A stretch of DNA of 64,000 nucleotides from Candidatus Latescibacterota bacterium (GTDB lineage Bacteria; Latescibacterota; UBA2968): assembly GCA_965204375.1 (NCBI GenBank), contig OZ241986.1, positions 4,224,001 to 4,288,000 of the forward strand, written 5' to 3'. Below the pieces are notes generated by a model. The model worked only from the letters and a program-made list of their open reading frames with translations, was not told the origin of the DNA and ran no database searches. Of this stretch, positions 53,313-64,000 are shown in pieces (positions within the stretch are counted from its first letter, which is position 1; every line of letters starts with the position of its first letter). A program made the translations under genes and the position numbers.

Positions 53313-54611
53313 GTGAAACTGAAATCAGTCACAATTGAAAATTATCGCGCCATAGAAAACCTCGAGCTATTTCTTGACCGAAAGCTAACCGTGTTGCACG
53401 GCGCCAATGGACACGGCAAAACAAGTGTTCTGAGCGCGATTGCGGTAGGCCTAGGAGCGGTTGAGATTCTGGGACCTCATCTCCATAAATCGAATATTGA
53501 TTTCAGCGAGGAGGATTGGCGCGAGGGCGCGGGATCTCCGCAGATAGTCGCTGAGTCAGTCGCTGAGTCAAAATATGAGTTCATAGGGAAAAGACACGGT
53601 GATGAGCATTTGGACAATTATAGGATGGATGTCCTGGAGCACTCGCATGCAAAATTAGACAACCACTTCCGCAGTACGCCTGAGGACGATATGCCGATAG
53701 TCGCCTTCTATGGTACCGAGCGCAGGGTCTCCGGTGTACCGGAGTGGGTAATATCGCAACCTGGTTCCCGGTTCAGATCCTCTCGGCTTGACGCACTGGA
53801 AGGTGCCCTTGCCGCTCGCACGGACTTCGAGGGGTTTCTGGCATGGTTTTATTTTAAGAGATACGAAGAACTTCAAGAACGGGATGATCGGGAGAATTCC
53901 GATTATCAACTCAAAGATGTATCAGTGATTCGTGACGTAATCTCGTCCCTGCTCCCGGAAATATCCAATCCACGTATCGAGTTAAATCCACTCCGCTTTG
54001 TAGTATCTCAGAAATCCGAGGAAGGCCGAATAGAGAAACTCTCCCTCAATCAATTGAGCGGTGGCTATCGCATCGTGCTCGCACTCGCGGCGGATCTGGC
54101 ACGGCGCATGGCACAGGGCAACCCGCACATGGACGACCCGCTCCAATCCGAAGCCATCGTCCTCATTGACGAAATCGAACTCCACCTGCATCCGGCGTGG
54201 CAGCAGCGCATCCTCACCGACCTCATGCGGACATTCCCCAACGCGCAATTCATCGTCACCACCCACAGCCCGCAGGTACTGACAACCGTCGAGCCACAAC
54301 GCATTGTAGAACTATACCGAGATGGCGATAACATCGCTGCAGGCGCACCTGCAGGGGCAACTTATGGCGCCGAAGCGGGAGATGTTCTCGCTGCGGTAAT
54401 GCACGTAAGCGAACGGCCTTCTAAGAACGAATTCACAGAAGATTTGGAAAAATACCGACATCTGGTCAGCGAAGGACAAGGCGAAACAACAGAAGCCTTG
54501 AAACTCAGGCGCAAGCTCGAAAAACTCTCGCCCCGCGATTACGCCCTTAACAGGGCCGATCTCGAAATCAAGCGACGCAAGCTATTCAAACAGATGGCCG
54601 AGTCGCAATGA
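53313..54611 (+). CDS. ABC/AAA ATPase, PtuA-like (Septu / retron type I-A effector)
   Basis: GANGHGKT, QLSGG, ADLARRM...NP, LIDEIELHLHP.WQ, FPN.QFIVTTHSP. Confidence 0.85.
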   Translation: MKLKSVTIENYRAIENLELFLDRKLTVLHGANGHGKTSVLSAIAVGLGAVEILGPHLHKSNIDFSEEDWREGAGSPQIVAESVAESKYEFIGKRHGDEHLDNYRMDVLEHSHAKLDNHFRSTPEDDMPIVAFYGTERRVSGVPEWVISQPGSRFRSSRLDALEGALAARTDFEGFLAWFYFKRYEELQERDDRENSDYQLKDVSVIRDVISSLLPEISNPRIELNPLRFVVSQKSEEGRIEKLSLNQLSGGYRIVLALAADLARRMAQGNPHMDDPLQSEAIVLIDEIELHLHPAWQQRILTDLMRTFPNAQFIVTTHSPQVLTTVEPQRIVELYRDGDNIAAGAPAGATYGAEAGDVLAAVMHVSERPSKNEFTEDLEKYRHLVSEGQGETTEALKLRRKLEKLSPRDYALNRADLEIKRRKLFKQMAESQ

Positions 54612-55384
54612 AGAAAATTCGAGAATTGAATACAGCTACTTCTGGCCTTGCTGAATATCTCAATTCCGCAGGCACTAATGCGAATTGGAACGTATTCCGC
54701 GACCACAATCAAGGCACATCCTACAAAGAACTCATTGAAAAATTGATAGATGTTCAGCACGGATTGTGTGGCTACTGCGAGATTAATCTCACTGAGACAG
54801 ATCGCCAAATTGAACACGTCATTCCACGAAATGACCCGCAGCAAGGAGCCGCGAGAGAGGTTGATGTCACCAATATGATCGCTTGCTGCAAAGGTGGAAC
54901 ATCGTCCGTGTATGCTCCCTCTGAAAGAAGCAGTGATGAAGACCGATACCGTGAGCCAGTAAAGGACAACATAAGTTGTGGTCAGGCGAAAGGGGATCGC
55001 AATGAGGTGGATTTTTTAGATCCTCGAAAACTATCTGATTTGCCATCGCTTACAAAAGTACTTGTCAATGGTGAGATGGAAGTTGATGAGAAAGCATGCG
55101 CATCAGAAGATATTCCGCCCGCTCGCGTGAGGAAAACCATTGAGATTCTGAACCTCAATGCAAAACGGCTCCGATTGGCGCGAGCGAAACAATGGAACGA
55201 TCTCGAGGAAGAGGCAGAACAACTTGACGGTCTGGACGATCCAGATAAGATGAAAGCCTGGATACGTGACGTGTTGATACCGGATGAGAATGAGCAATTG
55301 ACGCCTTTCTTCACGACGTCCCGATCTTACTTTGGCCCACTCAGCGAATCCATCCTCGCGCAACAACCTCAAACATGGATATAA
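54608..55384 (+). CDS. HNH endonuclease, PtuB-like (TIGR02646-type)
   Basis: Q.GLCGYCE, IEHVIP, NMIACC, SCG..KG, TIEILNLN; ATGA coupling to the ATPase. Confidence 0.85.
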   Translation: MKKIRELNTATSGLAEYLNSAGTNANWNVFRDHNQGTSYKELIEKLIDVQHGLCGYCEINLTETDRQIEHVIPRNDPQQGAAREVDVTNMIACCKGGTSSVYAPSERSSDEDRYREPVKDNISCGQAKGDRNEVDFLDPRKLSDLPSLTKVLVNGEMEVDEKACASEDIPPARVRKTIEILNLNAKRLRLARAKQWNDLEEEAEQLDGLDDPDKMKAWIRDVLIPDENEQLTPFFTTSRSYFGPLSESILAQQPQTWI

Positions 55385-55387
55385 ACT

Positions 55388-57757
55388 ATGCCTCCTCGCC
55401 GTTCTTCTCAAAAAAAAACCCCTTCTACACTCACCAACTTCCTATCGCGCCCCTGGGTACCTATTGTATTCTTTGCCCTGCTCACTGCTGGCTATTTCTA
55501 TCACATCCTCATCACGGGCGACGTGATCTACGGCAGCGACACCGGCGCAGAATTTCACAGAGGCAACGAACCCTTTGCAGAAGCCCTGAACAAATTGCCC
55601 CAAAAAAATTGGAGCCGATTCATGGGCGGCACCCCGGAATCAGCCGCGCTGCGTCCGCAATACTATCCCCTCGTCGTCATCGACCTCTTCACCAGTCAAC
55701 ACCGCTATTTTGGCTGGCGTTATATCTTCGCCATGTTCACAGCCGGCTACTTCATGTATCTCTGTACACGCAGCTTTGGCCTCCATCCCCTCGCAGCCCT
55801 TATCGCAGGTGCGGCCTACGCCTCTGCCCCTGCATTCCTCACCTTCTCGCATGCCGGGCACTATGCAAAAATGACCGTCATCGGCCTCTTCCCTCTCATG
55901 TACTGGGCACTCAACCGCGGCATGGACACCCGGCGCATCATCTACTTTTTAATCCTCGGCGGCACCGTCGGCATCGCCATCTACAGCCCGCACCTTCAAA
56001 TGGCCTACTTTGCCCTCTGGGCACTGGGCCTGCTCTTTCTCTACAAACTCTTATGGAACCTGTTCCGTACCCAAAACACAAAAATCGCCCTCTACCAGAC
56101 CCTCCTATCGGCAGGCGCGATCTGCCTGGGCCTCGCCATAGGCGCAGAAGGCGTCATCCCCCAATACTGGAACACAACAACATCGTCAAAACGCGCCGTC
56201 ACCGAACAACAAACCGACGACGGCTATGAATTTGCCTCATCCTGGTCGCTTCACCCCGAAGAAATATTCGCCCTCGTCATCCCCGAATTCGTCGGATTTG
56301 ACACAAACACAACACCCCACAAATACTGGGGACGCAACGCCTTCAAAATCAACTCCGAATACATCGGCATCGTCCCCCTCTTCTTCGCCATTTTCGCCCT
56401 CTCGCGCATACGCAAAAAAACCCACATCGCATTCCTCCTCGCCCTCTTCATACTCGCCGTCGCCTACGCACTCGGACCCCACACCCCCTTGCACAAACTC
56501 CTCTTTCACCTCGTCCCCGGCGTCAACGTACTGCGCGCACCCGGCATGATCGCCTTCCTCTTTGCCTTTGCGCTATGCGCCCTCGGCGCGTATGGCCTCC
56601 ACCGCCTCATAACCGACGACATCACCCCCGAAGTAGGAAAAAAAATCGGCATCGCAGGCGGAATATGCACCGCAATCCTCCTCCTATTTGCCTTTGCCCC
56701 TTCCGCGCTCCTATCCCTCTGGCAAAACATCGTCTGGACGGACATACCCGCCCCCCGCCTCCAAATCGCTCAGAATAATCTCCCCCTCGCGGGACAAGGC
56801 GCATTGCTCGCCGCACTCTTTGTCGGCATACTCACCGTCATCTCGTATCTCCGCGCACAAAACAAACTCAAAATCCACACCTTCTTCCTCATCCTCCTGA
56901 CCATCATCCTCATCGACACCTGGCGCATCGACAAACTATTTCTCAACTACGCCAACCCCAACCGCGTCCTACCAGAAGAGCGCGTCAACGCCGACGCCGT
57001 TGCCTTCCTCAAACGCGACAACAGCCTCTTCCGCGTACTCGCCCTACCCGACCACAACCAGATGCCCCTGCCCGGCATAGACCTCGTAACCGGATTTAAC
57101 GACTTCGCCATCCAGCGTTACGACCACATCCTCAAATCCGATGCACTCTACAACCCCAACCCCGCGATCCGCAACCTCCTCAACACCAGATACATCGTCG
57201 CGCCATCTGAACTGGGTGATCCATATCTCCAAAAAATTGCCGGGCGTCAGGGCCTGCACATCTACCGCAATCCCGGCGCACTACCGTGGTTTTATCTCGC
57301 GCCCCAATACGAAATCATTCCCGATGAAAACCAGATCCTCCAAAAACTGACCGATCCCAACACCAACCCCACACAAACAGCACTACTCGAAGAAAACCCC
57401 GGCATCACCCCCGACCCCAATGCCAGCGAAACAGGCAGCATTGAACGCCTCGAATACAACGAACACCAGGGCCATCTCAAACTCAGCACAACAGCCCCGG
57501 GACCCCGCATCCTCGTCATCTCGCAAAACCACCACCCCAACTGGACTGCCACCGTCAACGGCGAACCCAAACCCCTCATCCGCGCCAACTACCTCTGGAC
57601 CGCAGTCGCACTTGAACCCGGCGAACACATCGTCGAACTCACCTACCGCGACCCCATCGTAGCCACCACGCGATGGATCACACTCGGCGGTATCGCCATC
57701 CTCCTCATCGCAATTCCCCTCTGCATATACAATGAAAAAACCGACAACACCAACTGA
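55388..57757 (+). CDS. YfhO-family membrane protein (GT-C)
   Basis: W...MGG.P, YIG, LLNTRYI, HPNWTATVNG...LIRANY...AV.L.PGEH.VELTY. Confidence 0.88.
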   Translation: MPPRRSSQKKTPSTLTNFLSRPWVPIVFFALLTAGYFYHILITGDVIYGSDTGAEFHRGNEPFAEALNKLPQKNWSRFMGGTPESAALRPQYYPLVVIDLFTSQHRYFGWRYIFAMFTAGYFMYLCTRSFGLHPLAALIAGAAYASAPAFLTFSHAGHYAKMTVIGLFPLMYWALNRGMDTRRIIYFLILGGTVGIAIYSPHLQMAYFALWALGLLFLYKLLWNLFRTQNTKIALYQTLLSAGAICLGLAIGAEGVIPQYWNTTTSSKRAVTEQQTDDGYEFASSWSLHPEEIFALVIPEFVGFDTNTTPHKYWGRNAFKINSEYIGIVPLFFAIFALSRIRKKTHIAFLLALFILAVAYALGPHTPLHKLLFHLVPGVNVLRAPGMIAFLFAFALCALGAYGLHRLITDDITPEVGKKIGIAGGICTAILLLFAFAPSALLSLWQNIVWTDIPAPRLQIAQNNLPLAGQGALLAALFVGILTVISYLRAQNKLKIHTFFLILLTIILIDTWRIDKLFLNYANPNRVLPEERVNADAVAFLKRDNSLFRVLALPDHNQMPLPGIDLVTGFNDFAIQRYDHILKSDALYNPNPAIRNLLNTRYIVAPSELGDPYLQKIAGRQGLHIYRNPGALPWFYLAPQYEIIPDENQILQKLTDPNTNPTQTALLEENPGITPDPNASETGSIERLEYNEHQGHLKLSTTAPGPRILVISQNHHPNWTATVNGEPKPLIRANYLWTAVALEPGEHIVELTYRDPIVATTRWITLGGIAILLIAIPLCIYNEKTDNTN

Positions 57758-59276
57758 AGCATCCGCCATCCAGCGCATAGCGCACGGCGCAATACAAACC
57801 TTCGGCAGCACCTATCCCGCGCGAATCATCAACTTCGCCGTCCTCCTCCTGCTCTACCAGATCCTCGTCCCCGAAGACTTTGGCGCCATCACAACAGCCT
57901 ATTCCATCCTCGCCCTTGTCATCGCCATCCGCGACCTCGGCTTGCACTACGCTCTCCTGCACGAACACGACAACGTCCATGAACTCGCACCCACGCACTT
58001 TGTACTCAGCATTGGCCTGGGCAGCATCAGCACACTCCTCGCCCTGGGCATCGCCCTCTATTCCGAACACCTGTTTGAACTCACCCGCACATTCAACACC
58101 TACCTCGGCTTTACAGACACCCAAAACTACCCCAAAGTCGCCATAGCCCTGGGCATACTGGGCGCATTCGACCTCTTCCGAACAGCCGCACTCACCGCCG
58201 AAACCCAGCTACAGCGCGACCTCGAATTTGGACGCCTGGCCTTTGCACACGCGGGAGGAACCATCCTCGCAGCCCTCGCCGGCCTCGCCGTTGCCTACCT
58301 CGGATATGGCAAATGGGCACTCATCCTCGGATTCTTCCCATACAGCGTCACCTATATCCTCTTCTATTGCACCGTCGTCTGGCTCCGCCATCCCCCGCCA
58401 ATAAACCAGCTACACACCTTCAACGCGCAAGCCGCGCGGCGTATGATCCGCTACGGTTTATGGTTCTGGATCGGCGGCATACCCAAAATATTCGTTCAAC
58501 ACTACGACAAACTCATCATCAGCCTGTTCTTCACCTTAAACCTGCGCGGCATATACGACGCCGCACACAACTTTGCACAAATACCCACCGGAGCAATCAC
58601 CATGGTCATGGTACGCATCACCGCCACAGTGTACGCGCGCTACCAGAACAACCGCGACCAACTCTCCGCAGCATACCGCCGAACCTCGCGCCTCATCCTC
58701 CGCACCACAGTCCCCATCTCCCTCGTACTCGCGCTTGAAGCCAACCGGTGGATACACATCTTCAAACCCGACTGGGCACCTGCAGCCCCCCTGCTCCAAT
58801 GGCTCATCATCTACTCCCTCTGCCGTCCTATCCTCGACGATGTACACGCCCTATTCTACAGCGCAGGCAGCCCCAAAAGCATTGCAAAATTCTCTGCGGC
58901 GCAAGCCCTCATCCTCCTCATCCTCGCCCCCTATCTCGCCCATCACATGGGAGCCATAGGCATCGCCATAAGCATGAACGCCATCGCCATCGTCGGCCTC
59001 ATCCTCGCACTCATCCTCGTACGCTCTTATGTCGATATCCCCATCGCCAAAACTTACGCCCCCCCACTCATCGCCGCAGCCATTGGCACCGGCATGCACT
59101 TTGCCAGTGCCGAATGGCTCAACACATTGCCAATACTAATCGGCGTCATCGTCGGCAGCACAATCTTCATCACAGGTTACAGCATCGGCTTACTCATCGT
59201 CGAACGCAAAACACTCATCGGCGAAATCAGAACCGTCATCCGCGCGATCAGATCAGGATCAGGATTCTCAGGATGA
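57732..59276 (+). CDS. Oligosaccharide flippase (Wzx/MOP superfamily)
   Basis: L.PEDFG, DLGL..ALL, LQRDLEF, DKLII..., G.Y..A. Confidence 0.85.
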   Translation: MKKPTTPTEASAIQRIAHGAIQTFGSTYPARIINFAVLLLLYQILVPEDFGAITTAYSILALVIAIRDLGLHYALLHEHDNVHELAPTHFVLSIGLGSISTLLALGIALYSEHLFELTRTFNTYLGFTDTQNYPKVAIALGILGAFDLFRTAALTAETQLQRDLEFGRLAFAHAGGTILAALAGLAVAYLGYGKWALILGFFPYSVTYILFYCTVVWLRHPPPINQLHTFNAQAARRMIRYGLWFWIGGIPKIFVQHYDKLIISLFFTLNLRGIYDAAHNFAQIPTGAITMVMVRITATVYARYQNNRDQLSAAYRRTSRLILRTTVPISLVLALEANRWIHIFKPDWAPAAPLLQWLIIYSLCRPILDDVHALFYSAGSPKSIAKFSAAQALILLILAPYLAHHMGAIGIAISMNAIAIVGLILALILVRSYVDIPIAKTYAPPLIAAAIGTGMHFASAEWLNTLPILIGVIVGSTIFITGYSIGLLIVERKTLIGEIRTVIRAIRSGSGFSG

Positions 59277-59471
59277 AAAACTGTCTGAATCAGGATTTAC
59301 AGGATTATAGGATGGACAGGATAACATCAAAATCAAAAGAGAACACGGATTAAACGGATGAAAGGATGGACACAGATTAAAGGCAAAACCTCTGGGTCGC
59401 GGCTCAACACCATAGCCTGCCCCTGTATGCTTTAAGCAGGGGCCGCGATGACGGCTCTATCCTTAATTGCA

Positions 59472-59500
59472 TTGACATTTACACCTATTTCAATTATTAT
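59472..59500 (+). promoter_or_regulatory. Sigma-70-type promoter
   Basis: TTGACA-17 bp-TATTAT. Confidence 0.6.
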
Positions 59501-59531
59501 TCTAAAAATAATAATTACTGAAATAATAATA

Positions 59532-60938
59532 ATGGAATTCTACGACCGAGAAACAGAACTCGTACTCCTTCAAGACCTCACCGAAAGATCGGCGCAATAT
59601 TCTCAATTCACCGCGATCTTTGGGCGACGTCGCATAGGAAAAACAGAACTCGTGCGTCAGCATCTCCAGAATCGCGGCATCTATTTCTTTGTCGAAAAAC
59701 GCCCCTCAAATGCCCTCCTCGCCGAATTCTCCGCCACCCTCAAATCGCACATTCCCCACGCGCCCGCATTTACAGACTGGAAAGACTTTCTCATCTTCCT
59801 CTTTGCCGAAACCCAGCACCGACAAATGATCGTCGTCTTCGATGAATTTCAAAACTTTCTCACCATCGAACCCGCCCTCTACTCCATCCTCCAGGGCGTA
59901 TGGGACACCTATCACAAACCATCCAGAATCCATCTCATCGCCATAGGTTCTGTCGTCGGCCTGATGAAAAAAGTCTTCCAGGACGCCAAAGAACCCCTCT
60001 ACGGTCGCCTCACCCGGGAAATAGACCTCAGCCCTTTACCCATCGAAGCCATCTATCAAATCGCCACAGACCTCGGCTTTCAATCGCCCACAGACATCCT
60101 GACCCTCTACGGCATCTTTGGCGGCATGCCCCGGTACTACGAAATCATGGATAGCATGGGCCTGGGCGGCAGCACCATCCCCCACATACTCCATCGTGCG
60201 CTATTCACCCCCTTTGCCCCCTTTCGCAACGAAATGCGCGACATCATCCTCTCTGAATTTGGAAACACGGCACACACCTATCTCGCAATCCTCGAAGCCA
60301 TCGCCACGGGCAAAACCCGCCGATCTGAAATCGCAGGTCCCGTTGGCCTGCCAGCCACGAGCCTGTCCAAATACCTGCGCGAATTATCCGACCTGTTCGA
60401 CCTCATTGAACGCGAAGTACCCATCACCGAGCAATCCTGGAAAACAAAAAAAAGCCGCTATAAAATCCGCGACCCCTTTATCACATTCTGGATGCGATTC
60501 ATCTACCGGCAATTGAGCATCTACGAATCGGGCAATTTCCCGTATTTTCTCAATCGCCTCGACACTTACGTATCGGAATTCATGGGCTTTGCCTTTGAAA
60601 ACATCACGCGAGAACTCTTAATCCAACGCAACCACCACAACCGCACGCCCTTCTACTTTCACAGAATCGGACGCTGGTGGGACAGACAAAGCGAAATAGA
60701 CCTCGTCGCCCTCAACCCCGAAACCCGGCAAACCCTCTTTGTCGAATGCAAATGGACATCCACTCCCGTAGGCACAGACGTCCTGCAAACCCTCAAACAC
60801 CGCGCACAAAAGCTCCCAACCTCAGACGCTTTCTACCTCATCGCCTCAAAATCCGGATTTACCGACACCCTCAAAAATCTCCGCGACCCGCACCTTCACC
60901 TCTGGGACCCGAACGACATCACGACATTTTTGATTTAG
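59532..60938 (+). CDS. Archaeal-type AAA ATPase with wHTH and C-terminal DUF234/PD-(D/E)XK domain
   Basis: [41 protein letters not shown]...ECKW. Confidence 0.9.
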   Translation: MEFYDRETELVLLQDLTERSAQYSQFTAIFGRRRIGKTELVRQHLQNRGIYFFVEKRPSNALLAEFSATLKSHIPHAPAFTDWKDFLIFLFAETQHRQMIVVFDEFQNFLTIEPALYSILQGVWDTYHKPSRIHLIAIGSVVGLMKKVFQDAKEPLYGRLTREIDLSPLPIEAIYQIATDLGFQSPTDILTLYGIFGGMPRYYEIMDSMGLGGSTIPHILHRALFTPFAPFRNEMRDIILSEFGNTAHTYLAILEAIATGKTRRSEIAGPVGLPATSLSKYLRELSDLFDLIEREVPITEQSWKTKKSRYKIRDPFITFWMRFIYRQLSIYESGNFPYFLNRLDTYVSEFMGFAFENITRELLIQRNHHNRTPFYFHRIGRWWDRQSEIDLVALNPETRQTLFVECKWTSTPVGTDVLQTLKHRAQKLPTSDAFYLIASKSGFTDTLKNLRDPHLHLWDPNDITTFLI

Positions 60939-61018
60939 AATTTGACCTTTCCCCATCAAAACCCTATGTTTTTCCCCAATCTTATTTTTTTGCCAAATCA
61001 CGGACTAAAAGCGCATCC

Positions 61019-62068
61019 ATGAAAACCCTTCTCGTCACTGGATCCTCGGGCCTCATAGGCTCGGAAGTCTGCATCTATTTTGCCGAACAGGGATATATCG
61101 TCCACGGCATAGACAACAACCAGCGCGCCGTCTTTTTTGGTCCCCAGGGAGACACGCGCTGGAATCAAAAGCGTCTGGAAAATGTCACAAAACACTTCCA
61201 CCACCACGAAATAGACATCCGCGACCGCACGGGCATCTGCGAACTCCTGTCCCAAATAAAACCCAACACCATCATACACGCAGCCGCCCAACCCTCACAC
61301 GACCTCGCCGCGCGCATCCCCTTCGACGACTTTGACACCAACGCCGTCGGCACGCTCAACCTCCTCGAAGCCGCGCGTCAAACCTGTCCTGAATCCCCCT
61401 TCATCCACATGTCCACCAACAAAGTCTATGGCGATGCCCCCAACCACATTCCCTTAAAAGAACTGGACACCCGCTGGGATTACGACGACCCCGCGTACAA
61501 ACACGGCATCCCTGAAACATTTACCATAGACCAGTCCAAACACTCGCTCTTTGGCGCATCCAAAGTCGCCGCCGATATCATAGTACAGGAATACGGGCGT
61601 TATTTCAACATGCCCACCTGTTGCCTGCGCGGCGGATGCCTCACCGGACCCAATCACAGCGGCGTTGAACTACACGGCTTCTTGAGCTACCTAATCAAAT
61701 GCAACATGGAAGGCCGCACATACACCATCTTCGGTTACAAAGGCAAACAGGTACGCGACAATATTCACGCCCTCGACGTCGCCCGATTCATGTGGGCCTT
61801 TGTCCAATCCCCCCGATGCGGCGAAGTCTATAACCTCGGCGGCGGAAAAAACAACAGTTGTTCCATCCTCGAAGCCTTTGACCTCGTCGCCCGGTATTCC
61901 GGCAAAAAAATGCAATACACCTATACCGACCAGAACCGCGAAGGCGACCATATATGCTATTACAGCGACCTTCGCAAAATGAAATCGCACTACCCCAACT
62001 GGGACATCACAAAAACACTCGAAGACACCTTTGCCGAAATAGTCGCAAGCTGGCAGAAGCGGCTATAG
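61019..62068 (+). CDS. NAD-dependent epimerase, CDP-paratose 2-epimerase (RfbE)-like
   Basis: [40 protein letters not shown]. Confidence 0.88.
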   Translation: MKTLLVTGSSGLIGSEVCIYFAEQGYIVHGIDNNQRAVFFGPQGDTRWNQKRLENVTKHFHHHEIDIRDRTGICELLSQIKPNTIIHAAAQPSHDLAARIPFDDFDTNAVGTLNLLEAARQTCPESPFIHMSTNKVYGDAPNHIPLKELDTRWDYDDPAYKHGIPETFTIDQSKHSLFGASKVAADIIVQEYGRYFNMPTCCLRGGCLTGPNHSGVELHGFLSYLIKCNMEGRTYTIFGYKGKQVRDNIHALDVARFMWAFVQSPRCGEVYNLGGGKNNSCSILEAFDLVARYSGKKMQYTYTDQNREGDHICYYSDLRKMKSHYPNWDITKTLEDTFAEIVASWQKRL

Positions 62069-62115
62069 TCACCCGCAACACGACTTTATTGATACAAAAA
62101 AACCAATCACGCGCT

Positions 62116-62952
62116 CTATTTCTCACGCCATCGGTTCAGGCAATGCAATAGCTCCGCAGTCCAGCGCGTTGTCCCGTGATGTCCCCAACCATAATGCTTG
62201 CGGGCAAACTGCCGCAAGCCCTGGCGTGTCCGACGCTTGCGATAACGCTGGGGAACGGGCGCCTTGTTGCGATAGTGGATGATCGACGCGCCTGGGAAAT
62301 AACAAACCCGCGACCCAGATGCCCACACGCGATAGCACAGTTCCACGTCTTCGTAATACATAAAAATATCGGGATCAAATCCCGATAACTGCTCAAACAG
62401 ATCGCGGCGAATACACAAATAAGCACCTGTCACCCAACCGACCTCGCGCTGCTTTTCGTAATCATAGTAGTGATGCGATAGGTGTTCTAATCGTCTGCAA
62501 AGTGATGGAAAGCTTACCAGAACCCGGTCTAAAATCAGGCTTAAAAGCGTCGGCCATGTTCCCGCCGAAAGTTCCTCCTGGCCCTCCCCATCGCAAATGC
62601 GCCCACCGGCCGCACCGTACTGAGGATGCCGGTCCATAAAGAGCAGAAGTTCGGCCAATGCGCCGTCTGTCACGCGCGTATCGGGGTTGAGAAAGAGCAA
62701 GGTCGGAGCCGTGCTTTGAGCCGCGCCGAGGTTATTACCGCGTCCAAAACCGAGATTCTCTTTTGAAGCAATAAGCGTACAGCCGGGAAAGTCGCGCTGC
62801 ACCATGTCAATCGAACCATCGGTTGACGCACTGTCAACCACAATGATTTCCACTTCCTCGACCATATCCTGGGCATATAACGAATGCAGGCACTGAGAGA
62901 GCCAGTCCCGGGTATTGTAGTTGACGATGACAATTGCCAGCCGCGCACTCAT
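62116..62952 (-). CDS. Glycosyltransferase family 2 (WbbL-like)
   Basis: IVNYN, VVDSASTDGS, NLGFGRGNN, FLNPD, GFD..FMYYED. Confidence 0.92.
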   Translation of the reverse strand: MSARLAIVIVNYNTRDWLSQCLHSLYAQDMVEEVEIIVVDSASTDGSIDMVQRDFPGCTLIASKENLGFGRGNNLGAAQSTAPTLLFLNPDTRVTDGALAELLLFMDRHPQYGAAGGRICDGEGQEELSAGTWPTLLSLILDRVLVSFPSLCRRLEHLSHHYYDYEKQREVGWVTGAYLCIRRDLFEQLSGFDPDIFMYYEDVELCYRVWASGSRVCYFPGASIIHYRNKAPVPQRYRKRRTRQGLRQFARKHYGWGHHGTTRWTAELLHCLNRWREK

Positions 62953-63100
62953 GTTGCCACTCCCCAGTGACCAATAACAGGCTCCAAAAGGTAGCCATCA
63001 GGTCAAAAAATTTACTGCGAAATTGCGATAGCGTATTTTATTTTTTATTCAGACATCTTTAAAAAAATAACAAAAAACAAATAAAACGGAGAGCTTTATT

Positions 63101-64000
63101 ATGAAAATCCAGGTCTATGCCGCTCACGAAGGCGTACAGGAAAGTTTGTTTCGCGAATGGGTTGCACGCGGTCATGAAGTCTATCTCACCGAAGGCTTTG
63201 GACAATGGGAGGAAAAACAGGCTGCGGTGCCCGAAGGCGTCAAACGCGAATGGCCGAGCAATCCCGATGTCTTATGGGTCGGTTCAACGCAAGATGTGGG
63301 ATCTGCCTTTTTGTACAAATGGAAAAAACTCCGCCCGGGTATTCCCATCGTGCTCACCCACTGGTGGGTACCATCAATTAAGCGATTTGCGGGAACCGTG
63401 TACAAATTCGCACATCAAATCAGCGTGTGCGAATGGGGCCGCGAATATCTCCTGAAACACCATAACATGGACTCCGCAGTCATGTATTGCCCCGTAGATC
63501 CAGACATCTTCACCTTAAGAGAAGAAGACCCCGACCCCAAGCGCGTCCTGTGCGTGGGCAATCGCTTTGCATCGCGCGACATCATGGGCTGGGAATACCT
63601 GGAACCCATCATACACAAAGTCTATGAACAAGATCCCGAAGTACACTTCGAATTCTTAGGCATCAATCCCGAAATCGACCCCAACAACTATCCCAATGTC
63701 TCCAAACGCGCCGTCCTTCAAAACGAAATGCCCGACTACCAGGCCAGAGCGCGGTGCGTTGTAATCAGCACCACCTTCAACCTCATCCCACATTCGCTAC
63801 TGGGCGCAATGGCATTGGGCCGCAATGTTGTCGCATTTGACCTCCCATCCCTGTGCGAAGTCATCGAACACGGCAAAAGTGGATACCTCATCCCCCGCTA
63901 CGATACCGACGCCTTTGCCAAACAAATACTCCAACTCACCAGCACACCCGTCAATCCAGAAATAGGCCGCAGCGCACGCGAAAACGTATTGGCCAAATGC
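63101..64000 (+). CDS. GT-B/GT4-like glycosyltransferase, runs off the window
   Basis: Manual translation MKIQVYAAHEG...PVDPDIF...SLLGAMALGRNVVAFD...EVIEHGKSGYLI; GGAG SD. Confidence 0.75.
   Translation, partial: MKIQVYAAHEGVQESLFREWVARGHEVYLTEGFGQWEEKQAAVPEGVKREWPSNPDVLWVGSTQDVGSAFLYKWKKLRPGIPIVLTHWWVPSIKRFAGTVYKFAHQISVCEWGREYLLKHHNMDSAVMYCPVDPDIFTLREEDPDPKRVLCVGNRFASRDIMGWEYLEPIIHKVYEQDPEVHFEFLGINPEIDPNNYPNVSKRAVLQNEMPDYQARARCVVISTTFNLIPHSLLGAMALGRNVVAFDLPSLCEVIEHGKSGYLIPRYDTDAFAKQILQLTSTPVNPEIGRSARENVLAKC

Noticed and set aside
53546-53570. Short in-frame duplications (VAES x2 in the ATPase; KTLTE x2 in IspE)
   Set aside because: Ordinary slippage, no functional inference possible

Overview
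Bacterial chromosomal window. The repertoire (plant-type LRR protein, TPR, Rpn, Uma2, Cache lipoproteins, dense intergenic repeats) suggests an uncultured host- or sponge-associated lineage such as Latescibacterota/Gemmatimonadota-like; this placement is inference. The housekeeping backbone is rpsF-rpsR-rplI, hppA, pth-rplY-ispE, degP, xerD, uvrC and hisG-D-C-B. It is interleaved with two surface-glycosylation clusters rich in GT-C membrane glycosyltransferases and with defence/TA modules (Rpn with an internal RpnS start, Uma2, PIN TA, orphan PtuAB-like ATPase+HNH, GIY-YIG islet). Main observations: (1) a locus of two 4xCache-only lipoproteins followed by an NCS2-fold permease with altered substrate-site motifs fused to a degenerate RsbW-like domain, a candidate undescribed binding-protein-coupled transporter/transceptor; (2) a set of nested short repeat families (GTAG and CGTC REPs, CAGGAT arrays, TTCACAC arrays, and a ~35-bp hairpin found inside the others) that sit in frame in conserved proteins and supply many stop codons. 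All calls come from motif recognition by eye; no database searches were run.
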